The translations under genes were made by a program, and so were the position numbers. From positions 64,001 through 128,000 of the forward strand of contig CAWDDT010000004.1 in the NCBI GenBank assembly GCA_963801165.1: a DNA stretch of 64,000 nt, in the 5' to 3' direction. Positions within the stretch are counted from its first letter, which is position 1. The number at the start of each line of letters is the position of its first letter. This document shows positions 1 to 9,030 of this stretch, one piece after another. The DNA comes from an uncultured bacterium. Lineage in GTDB: Bacteria; Actinomycetota; Acidimicrobiia; Spongiisociales; UBA5794. The notes under the pieces are model-generated. The model made no database searches and was not told the origin of the DNA. It was given only the letters and a program-made list of their open reading frames with translations.

Positions 1-934
1 CCGGAATCCCGGAAGCACGCAGGGCATCTATCCATTCGTGCGCCGGGCGAGCAGCGAACGCTCGATTCAGCTCTCCGGCCAGGTCGTCGACATTGCCGCG
101 GCGGTCTGCATTGGTGCGGAACCTGGCATCTGTTGCAAGGTCGTCCCGCCCGAGCACCGTACAGGTGCGCTGCCATAGCTTGTCGTTGGCGGCGGCCAGG
201 ACGAAATCCCGGTCGGCGGCTCGGAAGACCTCGTACGGGGCGATCGAGGGGTGCCGGTTGCCCTGCGCCGTCGGGACGACACCGCTGTTGAGGAACCCCG
301 ACCCCTGGTTGAGCAGCGCGTTGAGCGCGGCGTCGAACAGCGACACCTCGACATGTCTCCCGCGATTCGTTGTCAGCCGCTCGTGCAACGCAGCAAGCAC
401 GCCGATAGTGGCGTACAGGCCGGCCGCCATGTCGATAACGGCCGCTCCAACCTTCGTAGGGGAGTCGGCCGACTGGCCGGTGATGCTCATCATGCCGCTC
501 ATCGCCTGGATCAGCAGGTCGTAGCCGGGAAGGGTCGCGACGGAGCCTTCTGCTCCGAAGCCGGAGACCGAGCAGTACACCAACCCCGGGTTGGCCGCGC
601 TGAGCGTTTCGAAGCCGAGCCCCAGGTCGTCCATGAAACCGACCCGGAAGTTCTCAACGAGGACGTCGGCGCGTTCCCCGAGGCGGCGTGCCAGTTCGAG
701 ATCGTGCGGGTGGCCGAGGTCGAGCACCACCGATCGCTTCCCCCGGTTCAGCGCCAGGTAGTAGCTCGATGACCCGTCTCCGGCCCACGGAGGACCCCAT
801 GCTCTGGTGTCGTCGCCAGATTCCGGCCGTTCCACCTTGACGACGTCGGCCCCGAGATCAGCCAGGGTCATCGAAACAAGCGGTGCGGCGAGCACACGAG
901 AGAAATCCGCAACGAGTATCCCCGACAGCGGCAT
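1..934 (-). CDS. CaiB/BaiF family (class III) CoA-transferase, runs off the left edge
   Basis: Minus strand read from ATG at 934 gives MPLSGILVADFSRVLAAPLVSMTLADLGADVVKVERPESGDDTRAWGPP...YYLALNRGKRSVVLDL...ENFRVG, which are typical family III motifs. It is missing from the ORF track because there is no stop inside the window. Confidence 0.9.
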   Translation of the reverse strand, partial: MPLSGILVADFSRVLAAPLVSMTLADLGADVVKVERPESGDDTRAWGPPWAGDGSSSYYLALNRGKRSVVLDLGHPHDLELARRLGERADVLVENFRVGFMDDLGLGFETLSAANPGLVYCSVSGFGAEGSVATLPGYDLLIQAMSGMMSITGQSADSPTKVGAAVIDMAAGLYATIGVLAALHERLTTNRGRHVEVSLFDAALNALLNQGSGFLNSGVVPTAQGNRHPSIAPYEVFRAADRDFVLAAANDKLWQRTCTVLGRDDLATDARFRTNADRRGNVDDLAGELNRAFAARPAHEWIDALRASGIP

Positions 935-939
935 TCCGG

Positions 940-1314
940 CTACGCCAGCAGCTCGAGCGCGCGGTTCAGCGTGTCCGCCGGATCGAGCAGCTCGACCATT
1001 GCGGGAGCGTCGGGAATGATCCGGCGCGCCGACTCATGCAGGTGCGTAGGCACTTCCAGGAGCAACGGGATGCCGTAGGTCTTGCAGATGTGGAAGATGT
1101 GATGTGTCTGGATGTTGTCATTGGCAGCCGCGATGATCTTGTGCAGGTATCCGACCAGCACGTCGTAGCGGTTCTGGCTGTTGACGAGCATGATCGATTG
1201 CCCGTGATGATCGGATCCGTTCGACACCGGCAGGGTGTCGAACCCGGACATGACCAGATGCGAGAGCAGCCGGGAGTCGGTTCCTTCGAAGTAGCCGACC
1301 GATTTTCTCGTCAT
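940..1314 (-). CDS. Hypothetical 124-aa protein, receiver/flavodoxin-like; paralog of 1329-1703
   Basis: GGAG RBS upstream; about 60% identical to the neighbouring ORF by hand alignment (75/124). Confidence 0.85.
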   Translation of the reverse strand: MTRKSVGYFEGTDSRLLSHLVMSGFDTLPVSNGSDHHGQSIMLVNSQNRYDVLVGYLHKIIAAANDNIQTHHIFHICKTYGIPLLLEVPTHLHESARRIIPDAPAMVELLDPADTLNRALELLA

Positions 1315-1328
1315 GATCCCTCGCGCTC

Positions 1329-1703
1329 CTATGCGAGGAGCTCGAGAGCACGGTCAAGGATCACTGATGGGTCGAGGAACTCGACGACATCGGGGGCATC
1401 CGACATCAACTTCTTGGCTGCCGGCTGCAGATGGGTTGGCACCTCGAGCAGCAGCGGGATCCCATAGGTCCGGCAGATGTGAAAGACCCCCTGATACGGC
1501 AGGTCGTATTCGACCGGCGCGTACAACTTGTGGAGGTAGCCGATCAGGATGTCGTACTTCTCCTGCTGGTTTATCCGGCGCACGTTCTTGCCGTGGTGGT
1601 CCACCCCGTTGGAAACGGGGAGAGTGTCGTAGCCGGCACAGATCAGACTGGTCAGCAGCAAGGAGTCCGTGCCTTCGAAGTATCCGACTGACTTTCTAGC
1701 CAT
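1329..1703 (-). CDS. Hypothetical 124-aa protein, receiver/flavodoxin-like; paralog of 940-1314
   Basis: GGAGG RBS; directly downstream of gdhA; conserved blocks GYFEGTD, LPVSNGxDHHG, GYLHK, YGIPLLLEVP. Confidence 0.85.
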   Translation of the reverse strand: MARKSVGYFEGTDSLLLTSLICAGYDTLPVSNGVDHHGKNVRRINQQEKYDILIGYLHKLYAPVEYDLPYQGVFHICRTYGIPLLLEVPTHLQPAAKKLMSDAPDVVEFLDPSVILDRALELLA

Positions 1704-1757
1704 TCATGCCTCCACCCTGCATTATCGCGGGCCTCACAGTCTCCGAATCCATATCGC

Positions 1758-3101
1758 TCAGACCACGCCCTGGGCGACCATCGCGCCGGCCACTTTGAGG
1801 AAGCCGGCGATGTTGGCGCCAACGACATAGTTGCCGGGAGTGCCGTGCGCCTCGGCGGCCTGGTAACAATTCTTGTGTATGTCCACCATGATGTTGCGCA
1901 GCTTCTTGTCGACGGTGTTGCGGTCCCACGACGTGTGGCCGGCGTTCTGCGACATCTCCAACCCGCTGGTGGCGACACCGCCCGCATTGGCCGCTTTGCC
2001 GGGTCCGAACAGGACGCCCTCGTCCTGGAAGAAGCGCACCGCCTCGGGCACCGTCGGCATGTTGGCGCCCTCGGCCACCAGCATCAGGTTGTTGGAGACC
2101 AGGCTCTTGGCGTCGTCGAGATCGAGCTCGTTCTGGGTAGCGCAGGGGAACGCGCACTGCGCCCCTTCCACCGCCCATGGCCGTTGTCCCGGGAAGTAGT
2201 CGACACCGAAGTGCTGGGCGTAGTCGGAAATTCGTCCCCGCCGGACGTTCTTGAGGTCTATCACCCAGGCGAGTTTCTCGTCGTCGATACCTGCGGGGTC
2301 GTAGATGAAGCCGTCAGAGTCGGAGAGAGTCACGGCCTTGCCGCCGATCCGGTTGATGTTCTCAACGGCATACTGGGCGACGTTGCCTGAGCCCGACACC
2401 AGACAGGTCTTCTGATAGAGGCTGTCCTGCTTGACTTTGAGCATCTCCTCAGCAAAGTAGATGACCCCGTAGCCGGTGGCTTCGGGACGGATCAAGCTGC
2501 CACCCCAGCCATAGCCCTTGCCGGTGAGGACGCCGGCGAACTCGTTGGCAAGGCGCTTGTACTGGCCGAAGAGGTAACCGATCTCCCGGCCACCTACGCC
2601 GATGTCGCCGGCAGGGACGTCGGTGCGGGCTCCGATGTGGCGCCACAGCTCGTTCATGAACGACTGGCAGAACCGCATGACCTCCATGTCGGTCTTGCCC
2701 TTCGGGTCGAAGTCGGATCCGCCCTTGCCGCCGCCCATGGGAAGGGTGGTGAGGGCGTTCTTGAAGACCTGTTCGAAACCCAGGAACTTGAGAATCCCCA
2801 GGTTGACACTGGGGTGGAAGCGCAGCCCGCCTTTGTACGGGCCGATGGCGCTGTTCATCTCGATCCGGAAACCACGGTTCACCTGGATCTCTCCCTGGTC
2901 ATCGACCCAGGGGACCCGGAACATTATGACCCTCTCGGGTTCGACAATCCGCTCCAGGATCTTCGCCGCCCGAATCTCCGGGTAGCCGTCGAGGATCGGA
3001 AGGATCGACTCGATGACTTCGGTCACCGCCTGGTGGAACTCGGGCTCGCCCGGGCTGCGCCGAACCACCTGGTTCATGAACGCCGATACAGAATTGGTCA
3101 C
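1758..3101 (-). CDS. gdhA: NADP-specific glutamate dehydrogenase
   Basis: Motifs GPYKGGLRFHP, FKNALT, GGGKGGSDFDPKG, DVPAGDIG, EATGYG, GSGNVA, EGANMP, KAANAGGV. GTG start at 3101 with GGAGG RBS; the ORF-track extension to 3233 is unlikely. Confidence 0.95.
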   Translation of the reverse strand: MTNSVSAFMNQVVRRSPGEPEFHQAVTEVIESILPILDGYPEIRAAKILERIVEPERVIMFRVPWVDDQGEIQVNRGFRIEMNSAIGPYKGGLRFHPSVNLGILKFLGFEQVFKNALTTLPMGGGKGGSDFDPKGKTDMEVMRFCQSFMNELWRHIGARTDVPAGDIGVGGREIGYLFGQYKRLANEFAGVLTGKGYGWGGSLIRPEATGYGVIYFAEEMLKVKQDSLYQKTCLVSGSGNVAQYAVENINRIGGKAVTLSDSDGFIYDPAGIDDEKLAWVIDLKNVRRGRISDYAQHFGVDYFPGQRPWAVEGAQCAFPCATQNELDLDDAKSLVSNNLMLVAEGANMPTVPEAVRFFQDEGVLFGPGKAANAGGVATSGLEMSQNAGHTSWDRNTVDKKLRNIMVDIHKNCYQAAEAHGTPGNYVVGANIAGFLKVAGAMVAQGVV

Positions 3102-3379
3102 GCCTATGCCTCCGTCGTACGGGTATCGAGAACGCATCTCTCTTCTGTTTCGGCAGCAGCCGCACGTTCTTGCAGCGATCTCCGCAGACGGCGATAACGG
3201 GAAGCCGTGCCTGAATCCCGGGAAAGAGAGCACCGAGCATTCATTGTGCTCAGTTTATACCTCTATGCAGTCGATGTAGCGGACCGTATTACCCTCGACA
3301 CAGGTCCGACCGGCACCCGTCAACTCAGGCCCCGGCCGGGGGTCTGGGATTGCCCGACGTGGTTGATTATGGTTTTGGC

Positions 3380-3928
3380 ATGGGCGACATAAACCTGGTC
3401 GATCCGAGATATCAGGAGCCGTTACGGCCGGGGTGGTGGAAGACCGGTGCCGGGTGGCTGGCCCTGCTCCGATCGAACCGCGTCGACCGCCGTGCCAAGC
3501 CGGTCGTCATTGTGTTGATCGTAATCGTGTTCTTGCTCGTGAACTGGGTGACCAACCGGCAGATCTGGGGTCCTCTCGCGGCGCTCTCGGGCATTCTCGT
3601 CGCAGTCGTACTGATCTATAGCCCGATCGATTCCGCCAAGGCTGCGCCGCGTCAACCCCTCCAGCCCGGCTGGTGGAAGACGCGCGACGGGTGGAGCGGG
3701 CTGCCCCATGCTGGCTTCGACGAGCCGGGTGTCGGGGTGTTCCGGCTGGTCACCGGCCTAGTTATCGCCGCCGGCATCGTGGCGTGGCGAGGTTGGAGAG
3801 GCGTTCCGTTGGCAGTTCTGTTCGTTCCCTCCCTCGGCAGGGGGGTGTTTCCGGAGCGGTTCAGGCCGTATGTACGCCCCGTTTCGCTTGTTGGTTTCTT
3901 CGTCGCAAGCGCGCTCTGGTGGCGGTAG
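3380..3928 (+). CDS. Hypothetical membrane protein with an internal two-fold repeat
   Basis: Several hydrophobic segments; repeated motif PLRPGWWKTGAGW / PLQPGWWKTRDGW. Confidence 0.65.
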   Translation: MGDINLVDPRYQEPLRPGWWKTGAGWLALLRSNRVDRRAKPVVIVLIVIVFLLVNWVTNRQIWGPLAALSGILVAVVLIYSPIDSAKAAPRQPLQPGWWKTRDGWSGLPHAGFDEPGVGVFRLVTGLVIAAGIVAWRGWRGVPLAVLFVPSLGRGVFPERFRPYVRPVSLVGFFVASALWWR

Positions 3929-3938
3929 CTCGTCGCCC

Positions 3939-5636
3939 TCACCGCGGTTGCGTGATCGCTCGGAACCGACTCATCCATGCCTGCCATGCGAGATCTCCTT
4001 CAGGCACCGAGATAGGGTTGTCTTCGTTCGGTTGCAGGGCCCTCTGAGTCTCCTGCGATACGTCGTCGAGGAGATGATCGATCCGGCTCTGAGGCCAGTT
4101 GACGCCCCCGAGGTCCCATGCAGCTTCACCACCGATAGCCAGCAAGCCCTCGAATACAGGCGCCAGCGCACTCGCCAGCCCGATAGCAATCGTTCCGACA
4201 ATCCAAACCTGGTTCTTGGCGTCGTCGGCGTATCGTCCGAGGGCGTTGGTGAGCGTCCCGGCGAGGTAGGCGAGGTTCTGTGCCTGCGGGAAGGGGTAGC
4301 CCGCGTCGGTGCCCCGCTCTGCGAAGCTGGCCGGGTCGACGGCATTCCCGCCCCGCAAGGCGTTGGTGATGAGAGCCAGGTCGCCGAATCGCTGCCGGTC
4401 GACGAGCTGGTAGAGAAACCCCGTCGTCGCAATGCCTTCCGGGTCGAGCGTCGTTGCCAGCTCGGTGATAACGCCGCTGGCGTCTGTCAGTAGAAGGCTC
4501 ATGGAGTCTGTAAGGAGCTCGTCCCGGCTGCCATCCAGCAACACGGTGGCGGCGTCCCGGTTCCGAGGTATGTAGCCGGGTTCCGGTCTCCAGGTGGCCT
4601 CGAGGTCGTACCGACGATCCAGCAGAGAATGCAGTTGGTCTGGATCGGCGGCGATATCGGCGATGCCGTGGAACGCCCTTGCGATCAGAACCGGATCGGC
4701 TCCACGACAGATGGTGTCGACGACAGAGCCGAGAACGTCGACGCCGTCGGTGTGAGCGATGAGGCCGTCGACGATCATGAGATGCAGCGCGCCGTCGGTG
4801 GTGACGATGGCCCGCGCTGCGGCGGCAGCGGCGCTGCTGTCTTCGATCCCGGTGACGGCGAGACCGGAGGCGAGCGTCGAGAAGCGGTGGTCCGGCAGGT
4901 CGGTGGCCATGACGTAGGCGACGAAATCGACGATGACCTGGTCGGGGGATTCGACCTGGATCGCCATCCCCAAGTCGATGATGTCCTCTTCCGATCCACC
5001 GGCGAGGACGGCGTCGTGGATCTTCCCGAGCGATTCGCTGTTGGCGTTTGTGGCCAAGATGGCAAACAGCCTCCGTTTCTCGTCTCGCGAGAAGCCGTTG
5101 ATGCTGTGACCCATCTCCTCTATCCAATGTCTCAGCTGTCGTGGCGAGAGTGCCCCGACAACCCGGTCCAGCTCATCGCCGGCGAGCCCTTCGAGTGTGT
5201 TGCCTATGTTGTGAAGATCGTTGTTGGTTACGTCGAAGTCGTTCCAGCGTTGATCCAGCCAGTGGGTGATGTTGGCGACTGCCGTGTCGACTCGTTGCCG
5301 GCTCTCCAGCCACCCCTGGAATGCCCGCTCCGGGTCGCAGTCGGGGAATACGCCGGTCGCCGCAAAGTCCGCTCTGAGCCTGGCCCAGGTGTTCTCTGGC
5401 GAATTCTGACCGGTTCGAATGAGCTCGACACGCCAGCGAAGAGCGTCTGCCGTCTCGTCGCCCCAGGTACTGACCCTGTGACACAACGCCTGAAGCGATG
5501 CCGCATCCGCGCGGTGTCCCCAGCGACTCAAGATCTGCACACCCGGTCGCAGCAGTGCCGCCGGCCGCGCCGCGCTGAACGCGAGCTGCGCGCCCAGCTC
5601 GCCCAAGCCTTCTGGATCAATTCCCCGGAATCCCAT
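3939..5636 (-). CDS. Hypothetical 565-aa protein with a WXG100-like helical N-terminus and a C-terminal hydrophobic segment
   Basis: Long ORF with GAGG-containing RBS and an upstream TATAAT. N-terminus MGFRGIDPEGLGELGAQL resembles actinobacterial ESX/WXG100-like starts. Confidence 0.7.
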   Translation of the reverse strand: MGFRGIDPEGLGELGAQLAFSAARPAALLRPGVQILSRWGHRADAASLQALCHRVSTWGDETADALRWRVELIRTGQNSPENTWARLRADFAATGVFPDCDPERAFQGWLESRQRVDTAVANITHWLDQRWNDFDVTNNDLHNIGNTLEGLAGDELDRVVGALSPRQLRHWIEEMGHSINGFSRDEKRRLFAILATNANSESLGKIHDAVLAGGSEEDIIDLGMAIQVESPDQVIVDFVAYVMATDLPDHRFSTLASGLAVTGIEDSSAAAAAARAIVTTDGALHLMIVDGLIAHTDGVDVLGSVVDTICRGADPVLIARAFHGIADIAADPDQLHSLLDRRYDLEATWRPEPGYIPRNRDAATVLLDGSRDELLTDSMSLLLTDASGVITELATTLDPEGIATTGFLYQLVDRQRFGDLALITNALRGGNAVDPASFAERGTDAGYPFPQAQNLAYLAGTLTNALGRYADDAKNQVWIVGTIAIGLASALAPVFEGLLAIGGEAAWDLGGVNWPQSRIDHLLDDVSQETQRALQPNEDNPISVPEGDLAWQAWMSRFRAITQPR

Positions 5637-5668
5637 CGCCCACCCTCCGCTGTGTGACGTTAGATATC

Positions 5669-5674
5669 ATTATA
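5669..5674 (-). promoter_or_regulatory. Candidate housekeeping -10 box (TATAAT) for the 3939-5636 gene
   Basis: ATTATA on the + strand in an AT-rich gap about 33 nt upstream of the start codon. Confidence 0.5.
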
Positions 5675-5696
5675 TAGCGGAGACTGACGATAGAAT

Positions 5697-7358
5697 CTAG
5701 CCGGTCTGGCGCAGATCCCTCCGATTGAATGCAAAGACCGACAAGGCCACCAGTACCAGGAACGTCGCGGCGAGCACGGCCGCGTTGGCCCAATCCATCC
5801 CGTTGCTGAGTGGGGAGTTGGTCAGGTAGTGGCCGAACGGGGTGAACGCGGCAACCACGTCGACGGTGTGGTTGAGGATGGCGATCGAGTTGACGAGGAA
5901 CATCGCCAATGTGATCCCGATAGTGCCGTATAGGGCAACCTTCGTCCTCCCCGTGCTGGCACTGAGGAGCAGGGCCAGCGCCCCAAAGACGAGACCGACC
6001 AGGACCGCCAGCAACGTCGCCGCAGCGATGTCGACGGCACTGATCCCGAGACCGCCGAGCAGCGAGCCGATCCAGACCCCGGCCCAGGTCGCAAAGCCGA
6101 CGACGACGGCATAGACCGTCATGGTGTAGGTCTTCTCCACGACGACGGTGGAACGTCGGATCGGGTTGGCCAGCAGCAAACCCATCGTGCGGTTGGCTTC
6201 CTCGCCGGCCAAGGCTCTGGAGCCGATGGTCACAGTCATCACCATCACCGCCATCCAGGCCATCAGGCCGAATATCTCTCCTTCGTAGAAGTCCTGGGGG
6301 GTGCTCATTCCTTTGGCCGTGGATCCGACGAACGCCCATACCGCTTCGGGAAGTTGGTCGGTGTATTGGAGCAAGACTTGGTCCATGAGGTTGTAGAGCA
6401 GGCCCACCATGGCCGACATGAGGAACATGATGTAGGCGACGACGATGAAGAGTCCCTGGTGCTCGGAGAATGTCTTCATCCAGATGCGGGAGACCCTTAT
6501 GGACCCGGCGACTCGGTCGGCGATCTTCTTGGTCATAGGGTGTTCCCGGAGACGGTCGACGAGGGTGGTGCCTACCGTCTGCCCCTTGAGGTCGCGCCGA
6601 TTGATCCCGACGTAGGCAGCCACTCCCAGCAACAACGTCGCGACCAGCAACACGGCGAAATGACCCGCGCTGAATCCATTACTGGCGGGTTGCGATCCGT
6701 TGAAGTAGTACCAGGGGATGACCTTGGACAAATTCTCCCAGCCCTTGAGCAGCGGAAACACACCAGTGAGGATGAGCCCGAGGATCATCAGGCCGGTGGG
6801 TACCCCGATGGCAGCGCCGCGGTTCCCCGTCCAGGCGCCGAGAGCGCACGCGAGCATCCCGTAGAAGAGCGCATTGATCCACAAATGTGCGCCGTACCCG
6901 GCCACGTGCAGACCACCGAGGGAAACTCCGAGCAGTCCCGCAACGACATAGGCAAGGGCCCAGAGGGCGACGGTGGCTGCTGTGACGAGCGCCACCATGT
7001 TGCCGATCTTGCCGCCGAGCACGTTGCTGCGACTCTTGGGATTGCCCAGTAGAAGCCCCAGGGTCCCGTCACGCTCTTCACCGGCGATCGAGGCGGCGCC
7101 CATGGCGATCGACATCCCGGCGAGGGTGAGCGCACCGTACATGCCGTAGAAGACGGCAATGGCGAGACTGGCGACGTCGGCGTTCTCGGGGATGTTCATC
7201 AACGATCGGAACGCTTCGGGGAGCTTGCTGAGGACATCTGTGGCGAAGCCCCTGTAGACGTACATCGCAAGCAGCAGACCAAGGCCGAGCGAGACCACGG
7301 CTATCGCCATTCCCCGCCAACGATCTCGCACCGTCTTGGTGAAGACCGAGGTCAGCAT
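5697..7358 (-). CDS. ABC-2 type exporter permease with two tandem permease domains
   Basis: Duplicated motif IAGEERDGTLGLLLGNP / LAGEEANRTMGLLLANP; both halves end RRDL; many TM helices. Confidence 0.9.
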   Translation of the reverse strand: MLTSVFTKTVRDRWRGMAIAVVSLGLGLLLAMYVYRGFATDVLSKLPEAFRSLMNIPENADVASLAIAVFYGMYGALTLAGMSIAMGAASIAGEERDGTLGLLLGNPKSRSNVLGGKIGNMVALVTAATVALWALAYVVAGLLGVSLGGLHVAGYGAHLWINALFYGMLACALGAWTGNRGAAIGVPTGLMILGLILTGVFPLLKGWENLSKVIPWYYFNGSQPASNGFSAGHFAVLLVATLLLGVAAYVGINRRDLKGQTVGTTLVDRLREHPMTKKIADRVAGSIRVSRIWMKTFSEHQGLFIVVAYIMFLMSAMVGLLYNLMDQVLLQYTDQLPEAVWAFVGSTAKGMSTPQDFYEGEIFGLMAWMAVMVMTVTIGSRALAGEEANRTMGLLLANPIRRSTVVVEKTYTMTVYAVVVGFATWAGVWIGSLLGGLGISAVDIAAATLLAVLVGLVFGALALLLSASTGRTKVALYGTIGITLAMFLVNSIAILNHTVDVVAAFTPFGHYLTNSPLSNGMDWANAAVLAATFLVLVALSVFAFNRRDLRQTG

Positions 7359-8260
7359 CAGGAACGCACCTCCTCGTAGTAGGTGAGGAAGATCTCCTCC
7401 AGATCCGCTTCCTGTGTGCTGATGTCCAGGAGGTGGTGACCGTTGCTCGCCACCTTCAGCAGCTCGGCCATGTGGCCGTCGAAGGAGACGACGACGTGAT
7501 TGTTGTCGACGGTGACTTCGCGGACACCGGGGACAGCGTCGAACTCGGATTCGTCCACCGGCTCGTCGAAAATCATCGTGACAGTGCGGATGCCCTTGGA
7601 TCTGAGCTCGGCCACGCCCTCGACCGCGATCAACTTGCCGTGGCGGATGATCCCGACCCGATCGGCGACCCGCTGCACCTCGGAGAGCGTGTGGCTGGAG
7701 AGAAAGATCGTGCGGCCGCTGTCGGCGACCTCCCGCATCATCTTCTGGAACTCGCGTTGCACCAATGGGTCGAGACCCGAGCTCGGCTCGTCCATGATGA
7801 GAAGCTCAGGCTTGTTCATGAACGCCTGGATGAGGCCGACCTTCTGGCGGTTACCCGAGGAGAGATCGCCGACCTTCTTGCTGAGATCGGCATCGAGCCG
7901 GTCGGCAAGCGACTCGACAAAGTCCCAATCCACGCCGCCCCGAAGATTGGCAAAGTACGTGATCGTGTCGCGACCGGTCAGGTTTGGGTACATGGCGAGG
8001 TCGCCCGGCACGTACCCGATGTGGCGTCGGATCTCTACCGACTGTGCGTGGCTGTCCAAGCCAAGGATGGTCGCCTTGCCGGTTGTCGGCCTGATCTCGT
8101 CGAGGATGGTGCGGATCATCGTTGTCTTGCCCGCCCCGTTGGGGCCTAGGAAGCCAAAGACCTCTCCGACCCGGACCTCGAGGTCCAGATCGACGAGCGC
8201 GGGGAAGTCGCCGTAGTGCTTGGTCAACTTCTCGGTGTGGATTGCCGTCTGCTCTGTCAC
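7358..8260 (-). CDS. ABC transporter ATP-binding protein
   Basis: Walker A GPNGAGKT, signature LSSGNRQK, Walker B LLIMDEP, H-loop SSH. Confidence 0.95.
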   Translation of the reverse strand: MTEQTAIHTEKLTKHYGDFPALVDLDLEVRVGEVFGFLGPNGAGKTTMIRTILDEIRPTTGKATILGLDSHAQSVEIRRHIGYVPGDLAMYPNLTGRDTITYFANLRGGVDWDFVESLADRLDADLSKKVGDLSSGNRQKVGLIQAFMNKPELLIMDEPSSGLDPLVQREFQKMMREVADSGRTIFLSSHTLSEVQRVADRVGIIRHGKLIAVEGVAELRSKGIRTVTMIFDEPVDESEFDAVPGVREVTVDNNHVVVSFDGHMAELLKVASNGHHLLDISTQEADLEEIFLTYYEEVRS

Positions 8261-8925
8261 TGCTGCCTCTCCTTCGGGGACTCGGGTGGGGGTGCGACGA
8301 ACGCGTCTCGCATCATCTTCACTGTGGCTTCGGTTACGAATCCCTCGCTGACGAGCTCGAGGATGGGACCTATGTACGCCGCGAGTGCGGTTGGATCCTG
8401 TGTGTAGTCGCCGGTTGGGTCGATGCCGATGAGCCGTTCGACATGGTCGTGGAGGACGAGTGCACCGAGCGACCAGATTGCCAGGATCGCCGCCCGCTCG
8501 TACGGATACTGGGATGGTTTGATCATGCCGGTCTCAATACCGGTCTCCATGTACTTGACCGAGTCGGCAACGATCTCGTCGACGAGGTCGGCGACGCGCG
8601 GTGACCCGTCCACCAGCGTTCGGGCGAGGTAGCGGCTATACGGAGGGCTGTCCTTGATCGAGTTGAGCGCCGCTCCCACATCGAAGCCGACACCGGCTGT
8701 CATCGCACTGCTCTTGAGGTCCCGGATGATCGCGGCGACGTGTTGGTCGCATGCCTCCCGAAGCTCCTCCTTGGACCCGAAGTAGTGGATCACGAGGCCG
8801 GGCGACACGCCCGCGGTGGTTGCGATCGTTCTGATGCTGGTGCCGGCGACACCGCCGTCGGCGAAGCATTCAATGGCCGCATCACGGATGCGAGCCCGGG
8901 TGGTGCGGTCGCTCTTTGAACGCAT
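8257..8925 (-). CDS. TetR family transcriptional regulator
   Basis: RIRDAAIECFADGG...SIRTIATTAGVSPGLVIHYFGSKEEL HTH. Start is ATG 8925 or TTG 8931. Confidence 0.92.
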   Translation of the reverse strand: MRSKSDRTTRARIRDAAIECFADGGVAGTSIRTIATTAGVSPGLVIHYFGSKEELREACDQHVAAIIRDLKSSAMTAGVGFDVGAALNSIKDSPPYSRYLARTLVDGSPRVADLVDEIVADSVKYMETGIETGMIKPSQYPYERAAILAIWSLGALVLHDHVERLIGIDPTGDYTQDPTALAAYIGPILELVSEGFVTEATVKMMRDAFVAPPPESPKERQQ

Positions 8926-8951
8926 GTTCAATACATTAAACGATCGTTCAA
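8916..8951. promoter_or_regulatory. Tandem TetR operators overlapping the tetR start
   Basis: TTGAAC-GCAT-GTTCAA (8916-8931) and TTAAAC-GATC-GTTCAA (8936-8951), spaced 20 bp apart. Confidence 0.7.
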
Positions 8952-8976
8952 CAGTTGTGAAGATGGCTCTTCCGCG

Positions 8977-9013
8977 AAAAAGGGGGGGTGGCGGTGATAC
9001 CCGCCACCCCCCC
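8977..9013 (-). terminator. Rho-independent terminator after the PRC-Dps gene
   Basis: 13-bp GC stem GGGGGGGTGGCGG/CCGCCACCCCCCC with a 6-nt loop, followed by T5 on the minus strand. Confidence 0.85.
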
Positions 9014-9030
9014 GCTCGGCGCTGCGTGGA

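Noticed and set aside
3102-3233. N-terminal extensions in the ORF track (gdhA; also 18682, 24889, 30916, 41335, 42143, 54288)
   Set aside because: Downstream starts with RBS or stop/start overlaps fit family lengths better.
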